DNA of 64,000 bases from Raillietiella orientalis (Eukaryota), in assembly GCA_036172245.1 (NCBI GenBank), contig JAYWIR010000011.1, positions 806,001 to 870,000 on the forward strand. Direction: 5' to 3'. Positions 1-13,250 of the stretch are shown piece by piece. A program made the translations under genes and the position numbers. How positions within the stretch are numbered: the first letter of the stretch is position 1; every line of letters begins with the position of its first letter. A model generated the notes under the pieces. The model was given only the letters and a program-made list of their open reading frames with translations, searched no databases and was not told the origin of the DNA.

Positions 1-1399
1 CCGGATCACCACGCCCTGCTCCCTGTGCGGCGGTGTTCGTTCCCGGAGTCCTTCAACCGGTCCTCGGCTCTTGGAGAGAACTGGACGGTCGGCAGTCCCC
101 TCCCTCCCTTATCGTCTGGTCGCGGTCGCGTGAGTTTCTGACTTGCCAGCAGAAGGAGGAGGAGATTGTTGCGCGGGTTCCCCGGTTGCCGTTGGCAACG
201 CTCGCTCGCGCGGCACGAGGGGACGGCAGGCGATTCTCTGGGTCGACTCTGCTCTCCCTTCCCGCGGAGGCGGCGGGCGGGCCAACTCGTTCGAACCCCG
301 AGTCTGGATCAGCCTCTCTCTTCTCCTACTCCTTCCTAACCCCCCTTTCTGCGTGGCTGGATCTCGACCACTCGCCATAGGCAGAGGAAGGATCCTCCAA
401 TGATGCTGGAGATGGGGAGACCACACCAAACGCGTGGAGCAGGGATCTGCATCCGACAGACCTGCAATCTAGATCTCCTGGTCAGTCCTCGAAGGGGAAT
501 CGCAGAGTTCGTCCCGTGGGCAGAATGCTTTCCTGATGGCGAGGCGTGTCCGATCATCAGGGATGCCATCACTTCACTGACATCCCCTCAATCTTTTGCA
601 TCCCAATCCGGCGACCAACACGATCAGCAATGCGCACATGCAGAGAGAGAGGAAAGGCCGTTGCGCAGGGCAACGTGGACGCTTCTTGCTCCGGAAAGCA
701 CGAAAGATCCTCCCTTAGCAATTACCTCCCGGATCTCTCTCGTTGCGTGGACGACGCACGAAAATGATCTGGGGATGCCCGAGGGTTGCTCTGCGAGACC
801 TCCTGACCCGCTATCGTTCCAGGGGTCGCGCATGCCGTCTGACATCGGAGAGACCCTGAACCAGCGCCCACGTCATGTCTCGGCAATGCGTTTCACGTCC
901 GATTCTCGAGAGGCAGTGGGGAGTGTCAGCTCGGTTCGGCGGCGACGAGGTCGCCCCGTTGTCCCCCCAGCTGCTTCTCGCGGGAGGAGCGCCGCGGGCG
1001 CGGGTGGCAATGCCCGGAGGCGGCCGTTGCCAGGGGAGGGAGGGGGGGGATTGCGAGGTGCCTGGCAAGAGGATTCCCTCGGGACGCACACGGAGACGAA
1101 TGGTCCCGCCGGCAAGGGGGAAAGTGGAGTGGATAGCCTGGAAACCTTCCTCCCTCATCCTCTCCCCGAGGGTTGGATCACGCTAAGCATCCACGAACCA
1201 CAGGGCGCGCCCTTCGCGCCTTGCGTCAAGCAGGTCTCCGTTGCTTTCGTTTCTGATTGGCTCCCCCTTCACACTGGAAAGGGAATGGGATGCACCTCAC
1301 TTTCCTGCCCGTGGGGGCCAAACGATTTCACTCCTCCCCCCCTCTCGCAAACGTCGTGACGCTCGGACTCCAGCGCCACGTCCCCGCGGGAGGTGGCGC

Positions 1400-3250
1400 G
1401 GCGTCTCGTTCCAATCTAATTGGCGCCCACTTTCCCTGCTTCAGCGAAACGCAAAAGCTCCATTTCCGGTGAGGGAGGCAGGCGAAAGCGCTCCCCCTCA
1501 CCTCCAGACTGGTCTCCCTACGAAGAAGCGCCCCCGTTCCCGAAGATGCCGCGGCAGCATCCTCGGCATCTTAAGGAAGCCAACGGACCACACCCGGGGA
1601 GACCCCGAAGACCCCTCGTGTTCCTCGGGGAGCTGCTTGCGGGAGCCAAAGGGATTAAGCACTCCCGCGGTTCCTGGAGGTCTCCGAATGGTCCACACAA
1701 TTTCCGTGTGCCAGTCGACGGCCTCGGACGCGAGCGCCTCCCAGCAACGCACACTCAAAACCCGAGCCGTGCCTCTGCGTCATCTCGCGGCGGAGACTCG
1801 AAACCCGCGACGCAGCATATAAATTCCACGAACCCCCGCGAGGTGCGTTGCCGCGCACGCGCGCCAACGCGGGTCCTCCGTTCCTTGCGAAGTGCCATCA
1901 GCTTGCTCCGCTGGCCTGTCTAATTTTATCGGGATTGCGTTACACCCTCCCACCTGCTGGTTTGTTTTCCATCCTCTTTGTAGGAAGCAATCAGCGCAGA
2001 TGCACGAGAGGAGTCTCTTGCCCGCCGAGCGCCACTCGGCTGGATCCACGTTGCAGCCTCGGTGGGACGAGGTCACCTTCGCCGCCTCAGCTGTGGAAGG
2101 ACGCGTGTCTGACGGATATCTCGAGACCCAGGATGTTCAACCCCTCGAGGGTCGTCCGTTCCTGGGCGTCAGGCGAGGCAAGTTCGCGGGAAGCCGCTGG
2201 AAGCATTCCACCGCTGTTCCGTTTCTGCCATAAGCGCCCTCGCCGAGGTGCCGCAGAGACCAAATCCATTGGAATGCCAGGGGAACTCGTCGGAAGGGGC
2301 TATGGCAGGGTCCACTTCTAAGTCCCCCTCCCCTACCTTCCGAGAAAATTCAGGAAGCAGGATAGCAGGTCGCACGGAAGGGAGAGGCCAGGGACAGCAT
2401 CATATGCAGTAGGGCACTCCGGTTCTCTCCTCCCCCTATTCTTCCTCTCCCTTTCCACCTACCTGTCTCTGCCTGAAGGAACATCCCGCAATGTCAAGGA
2501 CAAGGTTCGAAGTGTTGTCGGGAGAAGGACTTCGTCCTTCATTACCCGGAACGGATGAATTCGCCTCACCGTGCGTGGGGCCGGGGAAGATCCGCACAGT
2601 GCGGGATCCTTGACGTGAACCTGCAAGCGGATGAAGAGGGTCTGGGCGAGTGACTTGACTCCGGGCACTCGAGACGTCCTCTTCACGTTTCGCCGCGGGG
2701 GATCCCCCGAGTGGATCGAGGACCAAACGCTGGACAGGGGACAACCAGAACCTACTGCGCTCGACATGTGGAGGGCCAGAGGTACCCAGCTCCACGTGCT
2801 CACCCTCCCAACTCTGCGCCAAGGTTGGACATCACCGAAGGCGCGGCGAGCTTGCAGGCCAGCGTGAGGGTGGGATCCCTGCGGGATTTCCGTGACAGTG
2901 CGAAGCTCCCGTGGAGCGAGAGGCGGCGGTTTGGCCTCTTCCTCACGAGAGCCGTGATGAGGAGGGCAAAGACGAGGGAGGGAAGGCGACGTCCGGCATG
3001 GGATCGTCCAATCTGGGAGACGTCATCCAGAGGAAGACGGGAGCTGCAGCAGGATCTCATCCTTTGGATCCATTGCAACACCTTGGAAAAGACGAAGGGC
3101 GATCGTCCAGGCGAGTGCGGAACGACCCCTAGTGATCAGTTTCCAGAGTCCACGCAGCTTCGGATTCGACCCACAAAAGCGACGCTCCGCGCAAAGGACG
3201 ACAAAGACCGAAAGCAGATGCGTGCTTTCCGCGTGCTGTGTGATAGCTGT
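1400..3250 (+). mobile_element. Decayed L1/Tx1-like ORF2 (RT to C-terminal zinc-knuckle region)
   Basis: Motifs in the expected order across frameshifts: RSPSPPDWSPYE (~KSPGPDGLPYE), KGIKHSRGSWR (~KGD..PGNWRP), PFLGV (~YLGV), VWASDLTPGTRDVLF...TQLHVL (zf-RVT-like). Confidence 0.55.
2638..3109 (+). repeat. Direct dispersed repeat, partner at 45604-46079
   Basis: Collinear nucleotide match, e.g. ccgggcactcg.gacgtcct.ttcacgtttc and cttggaaaagac..agggcgatcg.ccag in both copies. Confidence 0.95.
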
Positions 3251-5439
3251 TGCCTTGGAAAACTGGTCGTGTGGATGAATTCACCCCTCCCTTTTCCCCG
3301 GACGGGGTGGGGAGATTGACAGGTGACCTTTGGGTGACGTCGGCGCAGTGACCGGCTCTCTCTGGCCGTCGGCTTTTTTTCAGGATGGCGCACGTGTGCC
3401 GTGTCTTTTTCTTAGCCATAGGTGCTTGCAGAGGGTTGCTTTTCCTGGGTTGCCTGCGGTACCACTAGAGCGGTGAACGTTTCTTGGGTGTGACTCCCTT
3501 TCGGTTATGCCTGAGACATCATCATCTGCCATTCTCGGATTCTGGGTTTGGCTTCCGTACGCGTCGAGCGAATAGCTTTCAGGAACGAGATGTTTCTGGA
3601 GCAGGAGGATGTGTGGTACTCGAGGATGTAGTGTTTTTCGTCGTGTCCTTCTTCTATTCGCTGAAATATCCGGGAAAGATACAAGAGAAGTTTCTGCTTG
3701 AAGTTTTCTGGGGTCACAGACTCGACAGGCTCCAGTCTGCCAGCTCAGATTCTCATCTAGTGGAAATGGGCAAAGAAGGAATATTCTATTCTATTCTACT
3801 ATTTGAAATCGAGAAATTCCTGAAGGAGGTTACCCAGCATCCATCTTGCACTTTACCTGCTTCACGATTGGCATGCGGTTACTATTATTGCGGTTCCACG
3901 GCTGGAAGAGTTTGAATCTTGCTTGGAGCAGTGGGTTACGGTGGATTTTGTTGACCCCTTAGCTCTCACTAAATGCACTACTTCAAGTGGGGATGCTTTT
4001 AGTTGTGGTAGATTTTTAGGGTTGAGTAGTTGTAGGTGGCCCCGCAGGTGGGATGTTTCGATTATTGAGGTTTTCTTTCCTGGCTGTTCGACGACGCCAG
4101 CATATTGCGGAGGCTCCGTCTGCGTCCGGCACTGCGCAGGAGGAGCAGCGTGGCCAACTGGAAGGGCGCGCTGCCTGGCCCCTTCGACAGCACCCCTGAC
4201 GCCCTCGGAAAGGGAAGGATAGACGAAGCGGGGGGGGGGGGGGAGGGCAGAGCTCTGTGTCGCTCCCCCCCTCTCCGCCGAGGAACACGGCGGCCGGTAT
4301 TCGCGTGACCGTCAGAGTGCCCGGCCGTCGGGACCCCGAACATCGGCCCGGCACTCCCGGAACGAAAAAGAGGAGCTGGAGCGACAGCTGGAGATCTCGC
4401 GGCCGCACGTCGACGGGGTCGAGGGCGCATCCGATGCGGACGCGGTGGCCGGCGGACGGACGCAGCCCAACGTCCTTGACGTCCAAGAAGAACCGATGCG
4501 AACTCGGCGAATCCGGGATAGGTGCTCTCCGACAAGGATGCTGCTCCTCGCGGCGAGCGGCTGCGGCACGCCTCTTGCAGGCGTCCGACCACCGGCTGGC
4601 CGTTCGCGGGAAGGGCGAAGGAAGTGCCACGCTGGAGGAAGAAGCCCTCAACTCGCGCTCCGGGCCTGCGCTGGGCGCGTTCGGAGCGCCTTGGATATCC
4701 GGCAGGCGACTTGCAGGCGTCCACTGCTCGCCGCGGGTGCTGCTGCTGCCCTGCTGCTGCTTGCCGCGAGTGCGTCCTTCCCCGCTCCTCCGCGAAAGTT
4801 CGCGCGCGCGCGCGCGGGCCTCGAGTCCCGTTCGACGAAGCGTGCGCGCCTGCCCGATGCTGCACTTTGCTTTCTCTCGGCCTCGCTTCCAGGCTTCCCG
4901 CGGCCGGAAGAGCGTCGTTTGCGGCGGCGGGGCCTGGCGACCGCAGCTCCGAGCTGGAGGTGGCCGCTCGTCTGCTTCCCACCCATCCGACCACCTCCTC
5001 GGCAAGACTTCACCGCTCGGCTGTGTGTGGACGTGAGTGGAAGAGGCGGCCCCATCTGCGGAGGCGGCGCCGTGGCACTGCGGAGCTGCAGTGCAAGCGA
5101 CCCCGACCGCTACCGCGATGCGAATCTGCGTGGTGCATCGGCTCCCGGATTAATTAAGCCTCATTCCGATTCGGGGGAGCTGGAATGAAATTCTTCTTCC
5201 AGCAGACCCCACGCTGCTGAATTCCATCACGGCGAGTGCCGTGTTTGCATTGTGTAGTTTAGTAGATTATTGGCCTCCTTTAATTTTAAGTAGCTCGGTT
5301 CCAATATGTCCCTTGATTTAAGGCAAAAAGGGAATGCATCCTTCCGAAACAATAAATGAAAATTCTCTCTGCGATGGGATAAATGCTGCTACGTGCACCA
5401 TTGAACTACGTTGCCGTGAAGGTCAAACAGTGGAAGTAC

Positions 5440-5790
5440 AAATGCAGGAAAGAGGGCAGGTTTGAGAGCCCTCGCCGATGGATTCATCATTATCACGATC
5501 GAATCGAAGGTTCATTTTTCATCCGGTTACGCTCTGCTGCTGCTTTTGCTTGGACGATACGTACGTTTTCCAAATACCATCTGCAAGATGGGATTGTGGA
5601 AATCAATACTTTTTTCTCCTTGAGGCACACACCTCCAAAGGCGAAAGTCGAAGGAAAAAACAAACTTGGATTACAGAGCTGTTTTACACGGTTTCATGAA
5701 TTGACTAAGATATTTGCTACGGACACAAGTTAAAGAAGATTAATAGGTCGAGAGTTGGAAAGAAACGATCGCAAGGAAGCTCTGCAACCA
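5440..5790 (+). mobile_element. PIF/Harbinger transposase N-terminal relic
   Basis: RRWIHHYHDRIEGSFF (~RRWWVHP....EG.F), then KIFATDTS*RRL (~RFLATGDSYRSL) and RVGK.TI in order, with stops and frameshifts. Confidence 0.5.
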
Positions 5791-6802
5791 TGTGCTCGTG
5801 TCTTTTCATTATAAGTAAATCCTTTTGACATTGAGAATATTCTCCAGGATAAGTTCACTATTCACTCCAGGTACAATTTTCATTTCTTTCTTTTTTTTAC
5901 AAAAAGAAAAAGGCTGCGAGTGGCAACCATGCGTGAATGACAGGATTAGCATCCGCTTTGTGTGTAGCATGCATCAGCCACGATGGTGCCATCTAGGGTA
6001 GGACGGGGACACGAAACGGAGGGAAGAAGATGGAATAAGGAACAAACCAGCAACCATGAGAGATTCTTTCCAAGGAGAACGATAGCTCCTCTCTAAAACG
6101 TCGGTGCTTTCTTACGGTACGGGTCACGTGGTTTCTCGCCGCCTGTGTGCCGCTCTCCTGTCCCGGTGCGTGTGCTTCCGTTACCATTTCAAGTGCGTCC
6201 CTTTTATCCTTGCACGTTTCCGTTCATCAACACGGGACTCCCGAGGAATCTCCCTGCGCCCCATTCGGATCGCATCCACTGCCGGGTGAGTGAGGGAGCG
6301 GCACTCCATGGAACGGAGTCTCCATGGCGGCCCCACCATCCGAGGTCTGCCTGCCTAGTGCGAGTGTGGGGGGCCCACCAGCTGCACCCACCAGCTTGTG
6401 GGAGACCGAAAACCGTCCAAGAGCAAAGGGAATCCTTTTGCTTTGGTTGGTTCAGAACGGATTTCCGCCTATTCCTTAAAATAAACGAGATGCTTCTTTC
6501 CAGAAAGTGCATATCATTGTTCCGTGTGAAAGATTTCTGGCATTGCAAGCGATTATTATCAACAAACTCATATGAGCAATTAGAGGTTGAAAATGTTGAA
6601 AAATCGAGTGTGATCAGGATGCCATCTCGTGAATGCCTCCATGAGACTTGTTCAAAGATGCTCTCTCCCAAGAGCGGATCGAGTGATCTCCCGACATTCG
6701 TTTATTCAGCGCACACACAGCATCTCAAGAAGAAAACTTTTTGGGGGGAGTTCCCTTCCTTCCTTTTTTTTTTTTGGTTCGCCTCAAGAATCGTCGCGCT
6801 CC

Positions 6803-7515
6803 TGGAGGCTCACGCTGCTCTTCCACGCCACTCTTCCAAGTTATAGGGGGTCATTCCGGAAGGGACTGCCTTATGAATCCAGGAAGGACTCCGGAGGAAG
6901 GATTCCGTTCTTCTCATGCCCAAAAGGGGATCCCCTAAGGGAATCCTCCACCCTGGTTGCCTTCGAAGGGAATATCTCCTTCCTTATTTTCTCAGGAGGG
7001 ACCCCACAGAGGGGATCGCTCCTCATTTCTTCTCCGGAGGGAACCCGCAAGGGAACCGCTACTTGTTTCCTCCTCCCCGAAGAGAACACCTCCCGAAGGG
7101 ACGATTTTCTGAATTTTCTCTGAAAGGCTCTCCCTGAAGGGAACAGCGCACTTCTTGACACTCTGGAGAGGCATCATCAATCCACCAGCTCCATGGTACG
7201 AGACGGAGAGTCCATCCACGAAGGGGGAGGGTAAGGGGGATGGCCCATTAGCAAAACCGGATGGAGGGGGGACCCCTTGATTCTGTTTCCTGGAAGGACG
7301 CCGGAGGGTCGACTCCCAATCCCGGCCACTCATCGGGAGCATCCGATTTGAACCGCTACCGGTGCCGCGCCCGAGCGAATAGAGGCCAGCAAGCGTCTTC
7401 TCGCGGGAGGAATGCGAACTCATGACGCAGACACCATCTCTCGCCGAGTATTCGAACCCACGGCTGATGGTGGTGCCGCGCGCCGAAAACGTGACCAAAT
7501 GGCCTCCGACGCGGG
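6803..7515 (-). mobile_element. tRNA-headed SINE-like repeat, copy A
   Basis: Minus-strand B-box GGGTTCGAA (7451-7459) at the head; body matches copies at 33.2, 39.6 and 51.7 kb (ccggagggaacccgcaagggaacc, cagctccatggtacg). Confidence 0.75.
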
Positions 7516-7599
7516 CATCTCAAAAAGGAAATCAAAGAAGGTAGCTTATTCTTCTTAGTGGACTGGATGGAGCTGCTCTCTCACCTCGGTCGCCATAGC

Positions 7600-8300
7600 T
7601 AAATCCTGCGTGTGTACCTTCACCTGTCTTTTCCTCGCTCGTTAAGTTTCCCAGCCGCTGGGCTCGAAGCGGTATTCCCGCCCCATGGAAATGACCCCAT
7701 GCGTGCTCTCACGGTCCTTGCGATGCTGCCCACGGATTCATCTCAAGACAGAAGGAAGGGAACGAGAGAGAAAGATCCCGCAGCCCTGGGCTCAGGAAAA
7801 CTTTGTTTTCTGGAACCATTTCGTGCATCTTCGCGGTTTCCACGTGTTTCATCTCCATGCCAGTGATCATTCAATATCCACCCTATAGCAATCCAGCGTT
7901 ACTACGGGGGAACCTGTGTGCTTCAAATAACATGCGTCGTTAAATGAAGACACTGTTCAGGAACGTGAGTTTGCCTGGAGTGACTACAGACTTTCAAAGG
8001 GAAAACAAGTCTTTAATGATCAGAGGTTGCGTGAGCTCGCGGTGCAAGAGGAGTGGGAGGGTGTTGCTCCGGATGAGAAGGAAGCAAGTGTGCGGTCACC
8101 CCGAGTGGAAGACGCCGCCTTCGGCACCTGAACTGGTGCTAGGGAGCAGCAAGATGGCGATGTGGTGAGTTTCCTCCGAAATGGAGTTCCAAAGCCCAGG
8201 ATCTCTGAAAGTTGCCATGGCACCGCGTATCTTCACGGCTGCGTCTATGGAGAAACCCTGGACCAGCGTTTCCGAAACTTTTCCTGCGACGGAACACTCC
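7600..8300 (+). mobile_element. L1/Tx1-like APE endonuclease C-terminus and linker relic
   Basis: ASSRFPRV (~SRIDR), SDHS, then VCFK*HASLNEDTVQER..W (~W.LN.SLL.D..F). Confidence 0.45.
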
Positions 8301-8879
8301 ACAGACCCTGAAACTTTAACGGGATACCTTGGTTATTTTATGGGGTAGGCAGACATTAATGATAAATAATTGAGCAAGTAAATATAAGAGTTGGGAGAAC
8401 AATTTGTTCTCTCATCTTAACTGCGAAAAACAAAACACATGAAAACAGCAAAATAAGCTTAATAGCATTTAAAAAATAATTCAATTCTCATAATTTTTCG
8501 CGGAACACTCATCGACTTTGGAACGCAGTTTGGGAAACGCTGCCTGCCCCGGACTACGGGCACAGGGCAGGTCGCGCTTTGCAGGGAATCACGAGCCGCT
8601 CGAGACGAAGTCTGCAGAGAAGCTGCAAATTTTCCGTGAACGTCCAGGAAGATCTCCCAGGGGGTGGGCGGCGGGCACCGTGAGGAGGAGAACCTCTTCG
8701 TGCCGGCGTCCCGAGGATGTCCCCTCCGGAAACCGAGCAGAATGACTTTTTCCTTTCGTCGTCGACGGATCCGTCGGGGGGCTGAGAGCTCCGGGAATTC
8801 ACCACCATCCTCCGGATAATTTTCACAATCGGGTTCGCACGCGAGCGCGAAAACGATCGAAAGGGAAGAAAATCGCCGG

Positions 8880-11300
8880 ATGGATGATTTGCGCACAATA
8901 CGTACAGATTTTGCGCCAACGCCCTTTCACTGATCGCGCGGCAACGGTCGCGTCCCGCGATCTCGCCCGCTGGGAGGCAAAATGAAATGAGAGCCATCAA
9001 GGCGAATGGGGGACGTCGCGTTGCACATCGACGTGCCTTCGATTCCGCGGATTGGCGTCCCTCGATTTAAAGCAATTAGCTTGCAACAGAATGCAATTTC
9101 CACCGCGCTTTCCAAAAAGATACACCGAATCTTCCTTCGCAGACGGAAAGCTTATCACACGACTCCGGAGCAAGCTGCTGGCACCACTGCAAGGACCACG
9201 ACGGATGGGGTTTCCGATCGGCGCCATTAGGCTGTACTTCTACTTCCATACCAAAATGGTAATGGGATCATCATGTGCTGACATGATGCTCAGGGGTACG
9301 CACTGCAACGAAGGCAGTGGCGCGTTTCTGGCTCGGTGGCGATGAGATGATGTCGGCGGAAGGTCAGTGTCAGCATGAGAATCACCGGCATCTTTGGGTG
9401 CGCAGCGCCACAGCTCTCTGGAGAGTTTTGCAGTGCCGTCCAGCCGCAGCCGCAGTCTCGGAAAGACTCCTTGGCTGTGGTGCTGCCCTCGCGCAAAGGC
9501 TTTTCTAAAGGTTTCGCAGTGAGAAAACCTCGCAACTCTTCTTTCCTCGGACCTCGTCAAGCGGGCGGTTTGCCGCTTCGTTTGCGCACGCGTCAGGGCA
9601 AATCGGTAATCCAAGACTGTGGATCATTCTTCCTGGGCTTCCGGAGATTTTGTTGCGCATGGAACGGGCGAAACTGCGAGTCGGATTCGGACAGAAAACG
9701 AACGTACAATTCGAAATGCTGGTGCGCTGTCACTCGAGCGACAAAAGCGATTCGGGATGGTTTCCGAGAAGTAGGCGATCGCCACGATTCACCTGCGGCC
9801 CCGAACGGTTTCGCGAGCTGATCATTTCCCGGGCATGCACCGTAATTCGTCTAATTGAAAATAACTGACAGCACCACGCCTGGTTTCGGAAAGCAGCCAC
9901 CTTCACCTTTAATTACAGCATTCGGAAGGAGGAGGGATGCTGCGCCACTTGGCCATGGCAGCGACGGGGGTTCTCAGGAGTAATGAACACCGAGGCAGGC
10001 GGGAGAGAGTGTTCCTCCGTTCCGGGCGGCGTTTGACGACCTGCAGCCGCCTAAAGCGGGACGCGAGCCGCCTCTGGAATGAGACATAATGCTCGTCAAG
10101 GAAAAGCCTAATCTTGGGCAAGTCGAACAGCTAAAACGACAACAGAAAGCAACGCCATTTTTGCGCCGATGGCTATCCAGACTGTGCAGACTGTGCTGCT
10201 CCGAACTGCGTGGACGCGGCTCTCTGTTTGCTTGCGAGAGTCGGTCACTTCGTGGTGAGAGGAAAGACCGCTGGTCTTTAAAGGCAATTACCGCGGATGG
10301 AATGCACCCGGAGGGAGGGCCATCCAGTGTTATTCCTGCCGACTTCAGAGGATGCGGGGAACAAGTGTTTCCGTTTGTTCAGAGGAGTCTCCCACTTCCG
10401 AAGCGGGGAGTGAGTGACCTTACAGAAACGACGTGTGCACGACAAACTTCGCTGGTGGTGAAACGAAAAAGGAAAAGTACTGATGAACATTCTTCAAAGA
10501 ACCTACCTGCAGCTCCGGAAAGATTCGGAAGCGCCAACGCGTGGAAACCGTAAGGCATGCCGCCATGCTTGTGCACTTTTAGCTGTTCGTGCGATTTTCG
10601 GCTGAGGTCAGGTCGCTCGGGGTATCATCCCACTGCAGGCACCATCCGCAGCTTCGTGATGCGATGGCGTCAGCGAGCCGAAGACGCTTGCCGGATGCAA
10701 GTAAACTTGGTACAAAAACTGCGTGTCGCTGGAGCATCCTTCATTCCCGAGAGGAGTATTCCGAAACAAGCGAAGTCCTCGAGGGTTCAAGGGAGGTTTG
10801 GATCACAGGACGAACCGAAATTCTCCTCATTATCGAAGCAGCGACTTTAAAGCCCTTGGAACGGTATCGATTAGAGGGAGAAGAAATTTGTTTTTCGAGA
10901 CGGCGCTTGGTTTAACTTCCAACAACAACAACTTCTCCTGTGAGAGGGCTTTCGACGTGAAAGGGTTTTCACCGACTGCCGCAATTCGTGCGGTTTGCCA
11001 TGATGATCTCGGTAGGATTGCGAGGCGCCGTAGAGGACTTGCTGCAGTCGACTGGAAGAATACCTTAGGAACGACGGCGACTCGGCGGCAGATGGAATTT
11101 TCGAAGCAACTCTGCACCTCACGGTGTCCCTGGATCCTCTGAGACATCGTCCGGGCACGGAATAGGCACGAAAGCACCGAAGGTGCCGATTCCCGGGGCA
11201 TCGGTTTCGAAACCGTGCACCCTTGCTTTTCTACGTTGAGGCTGCAAGAGGCATCCACGGGTGCAAGGAGGTTGCTTGCATAAAATAAGTTCTGCACGCG
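8880..11300 (+). mobile_element. Heavily decayed L1/Tx1-like ORF2 (APE-RT)
   Basis: MGDVALHID (~LGDFNCVLD), SKKIHRIFL..GVSD (~SRIDRIFL..SDH), LRTRQGKSVIQD, DSPAAPNGFAS (~KSPGPDGF), VVRGKT...HPVLF (RT4), SLGV (RT7), all in order. Confidence 0.45.
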
Positions 11301-12899
11301 CGTGCCGTCCTCACGGCAATCATAAACGAATTTCTTTCTTTCTCGTTGCGAACGATCGAAGGCAGCTTTACAGGACGAAGAGGAGGGTTCATTCATATTT
11401 TGGTAAGTCAGTTCAAGAAATCATTTGGGCTGCCGCACATGAAATTGGGGGAGGGGGGAGGGATAAAATATCCCCCGAGATAATCCTCAATGAATGCTCA
11501 GGGATTAATACTAAGCGAGACGGAAAAAAAACAAAGAGAGGAAAATTTCCTGTTTCCGCAACCCTCCTCCCATATCAAAGGCACAGGATACATAAGAATC
11601 GTAGAGGAAAAGCAAAATTCATTTCGAGCACATCAAACGTATGCACAGTCAGTCAAAATCGCCGCCTAAATAAATAATTTTGGATGGGCCCGCACAGTTC
11701 ACGAAATTGGGCGGACACGGAGCATCTAGTAAGCACCGTCGAGTCCCAAATCCAAAGTGAAAGACCTTGAGCGAAAAGGAAATACTTCAGGAAGCTGGCA
11801 GATGAAAGCTGGGCGAAAGTGACCCGGTTCTTAACATTGGTCAGCAGAAGAAAGGCTTATGAGCACATGGAACAAGTGGGCACGAGGCCTCCGGGAACAG
11901 TACTCAAGGGATATGCAGATTCGTGATGCCAACATCCATGGTACAGACGCTAAATGCGTCCTGAGCCTTGCCTTTTTATGTAGGCTTAGCAGGAAGCCAA
12001 AGTGCCTACGAAATCATTCGACCACGGCGGGTTTCCCAACAGCTCTCTAGCAACACGCTGAACCGTGAAATCCCTGCGGCTCATAGCCAAGTCACAAAGC
12101 AGCCTCATTGTGACCGTTAGCCTGGTGACCATCACCGCAGACACGCCGCTAAAAAAGCATCCCTCCGTTTCCAGCTTTCGCATTACAGATCGCTACGGCA
12201 TCGGACACTTCCCTTATTCTTCATGGTGGTTTTCCTTTCCTGGGCTTCATTCACCTGACAACTGTTTTCAGCGTGAGCTAATGATCTAACACATTGTTCG
12301 AAATTTATTCAAAGTGCGTTCTTTTTTGCTTGCAAGTTCCTTTTTCTAACTGTATCTCCGATCTCACCTTTTGCTAAACTGAAAGTGCCGTAATTACTGG
12401 GGTTACCAACTTTTGACCTATATTTTTCTTCTTTTTCCCGGCCCGGAATCGTTGCAGATGCGCGCCATCTTTGCACTTTCTTCACTCCGATCATTCAGTT
12501 TCGAGACATTCCGCCAGATGTCAGGGACACGTCCAGTGTTGAGGAGGGTTTCCCGCGGGGAAGCACGTCACAGGAACACTCACGTGGTGAACAACTGGGA
12601 AGACTAAGAAGTGTGAGAAGGGCATTTAAGCTCATTTGTGGAGTCTTCAACATCCAAGAGAGATAGATGAAACGTGTGAGCTGTCAGGAAGAGAAGGCAT
12701 CAACCTGGCCACTTCCTGGCCGGCCTACTTCGGCTTGACTATTCGCAATGCGCCGATGGAATAATCCAGAATGAGCAGGGCGTCATTGGCACTGAATTAC
12801 CCCTGAGAGTTCGGGGTCAAGGAAAATGCGAACACGATTACTCAGCAACTGGGATGCAAAAATCTCGCTTCTCTCAGAGACAACTGGTGCTCGAATAAA

Positions 12900-13250
12900 C
12901 ATTGCCGCTTAGATGGCGCATCAACAGGCGGTCTGTGCTCGCCGAGGGGTCCCAATTCGGAGACCAGTGTGGGGGATCCCGGGAGACCTTGATGGAGGAA
13001 GGGAGCGATTTCCTTTTCGCAATTCATGCCGAAGGGGCGGTGTGGATCGCCTCTCTGTATCAGAAACGGGACAGTGGTCCGTGGAGTGGCAGCACACAAC
13101 TTCGCCACTTTGTAAGCGCGAGAGACTTCCCTGAAGCCACGAATGTGACCAAAGTTTTCCACTGGGATGCGGAAGGGTGATCTGGACGAAGTGAGGAATG
13201 GTCGTGAGTCACGAGCAGCAAAGCTGCCAACAGTTTTTGGACTTGGAGAG
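12900..13250 (-). mobile_element. L1/Tx1-like ORF1 relic
   Basis: ENFGHI...GMNCEKEIAPFL...PGSPTLVSELG..GEH...DAP follows the ORF1 pattern YG.V...M.L.K.IPS.L...GQP..C..CG..GH...CP, but the cysteines are lost. Confidence 0.35.

Noticed and set aside
400..5188. Long ORFs (319, 329, 310 aa) and similar ones at 32124, 38950, 39605, 42307, 48901
   Set aside because: Arg/Pro/Gly/Ser-rich overlapping frames on both strands, typical of GC-rich non-coding or antisense transposon DNA; no coherent domain.
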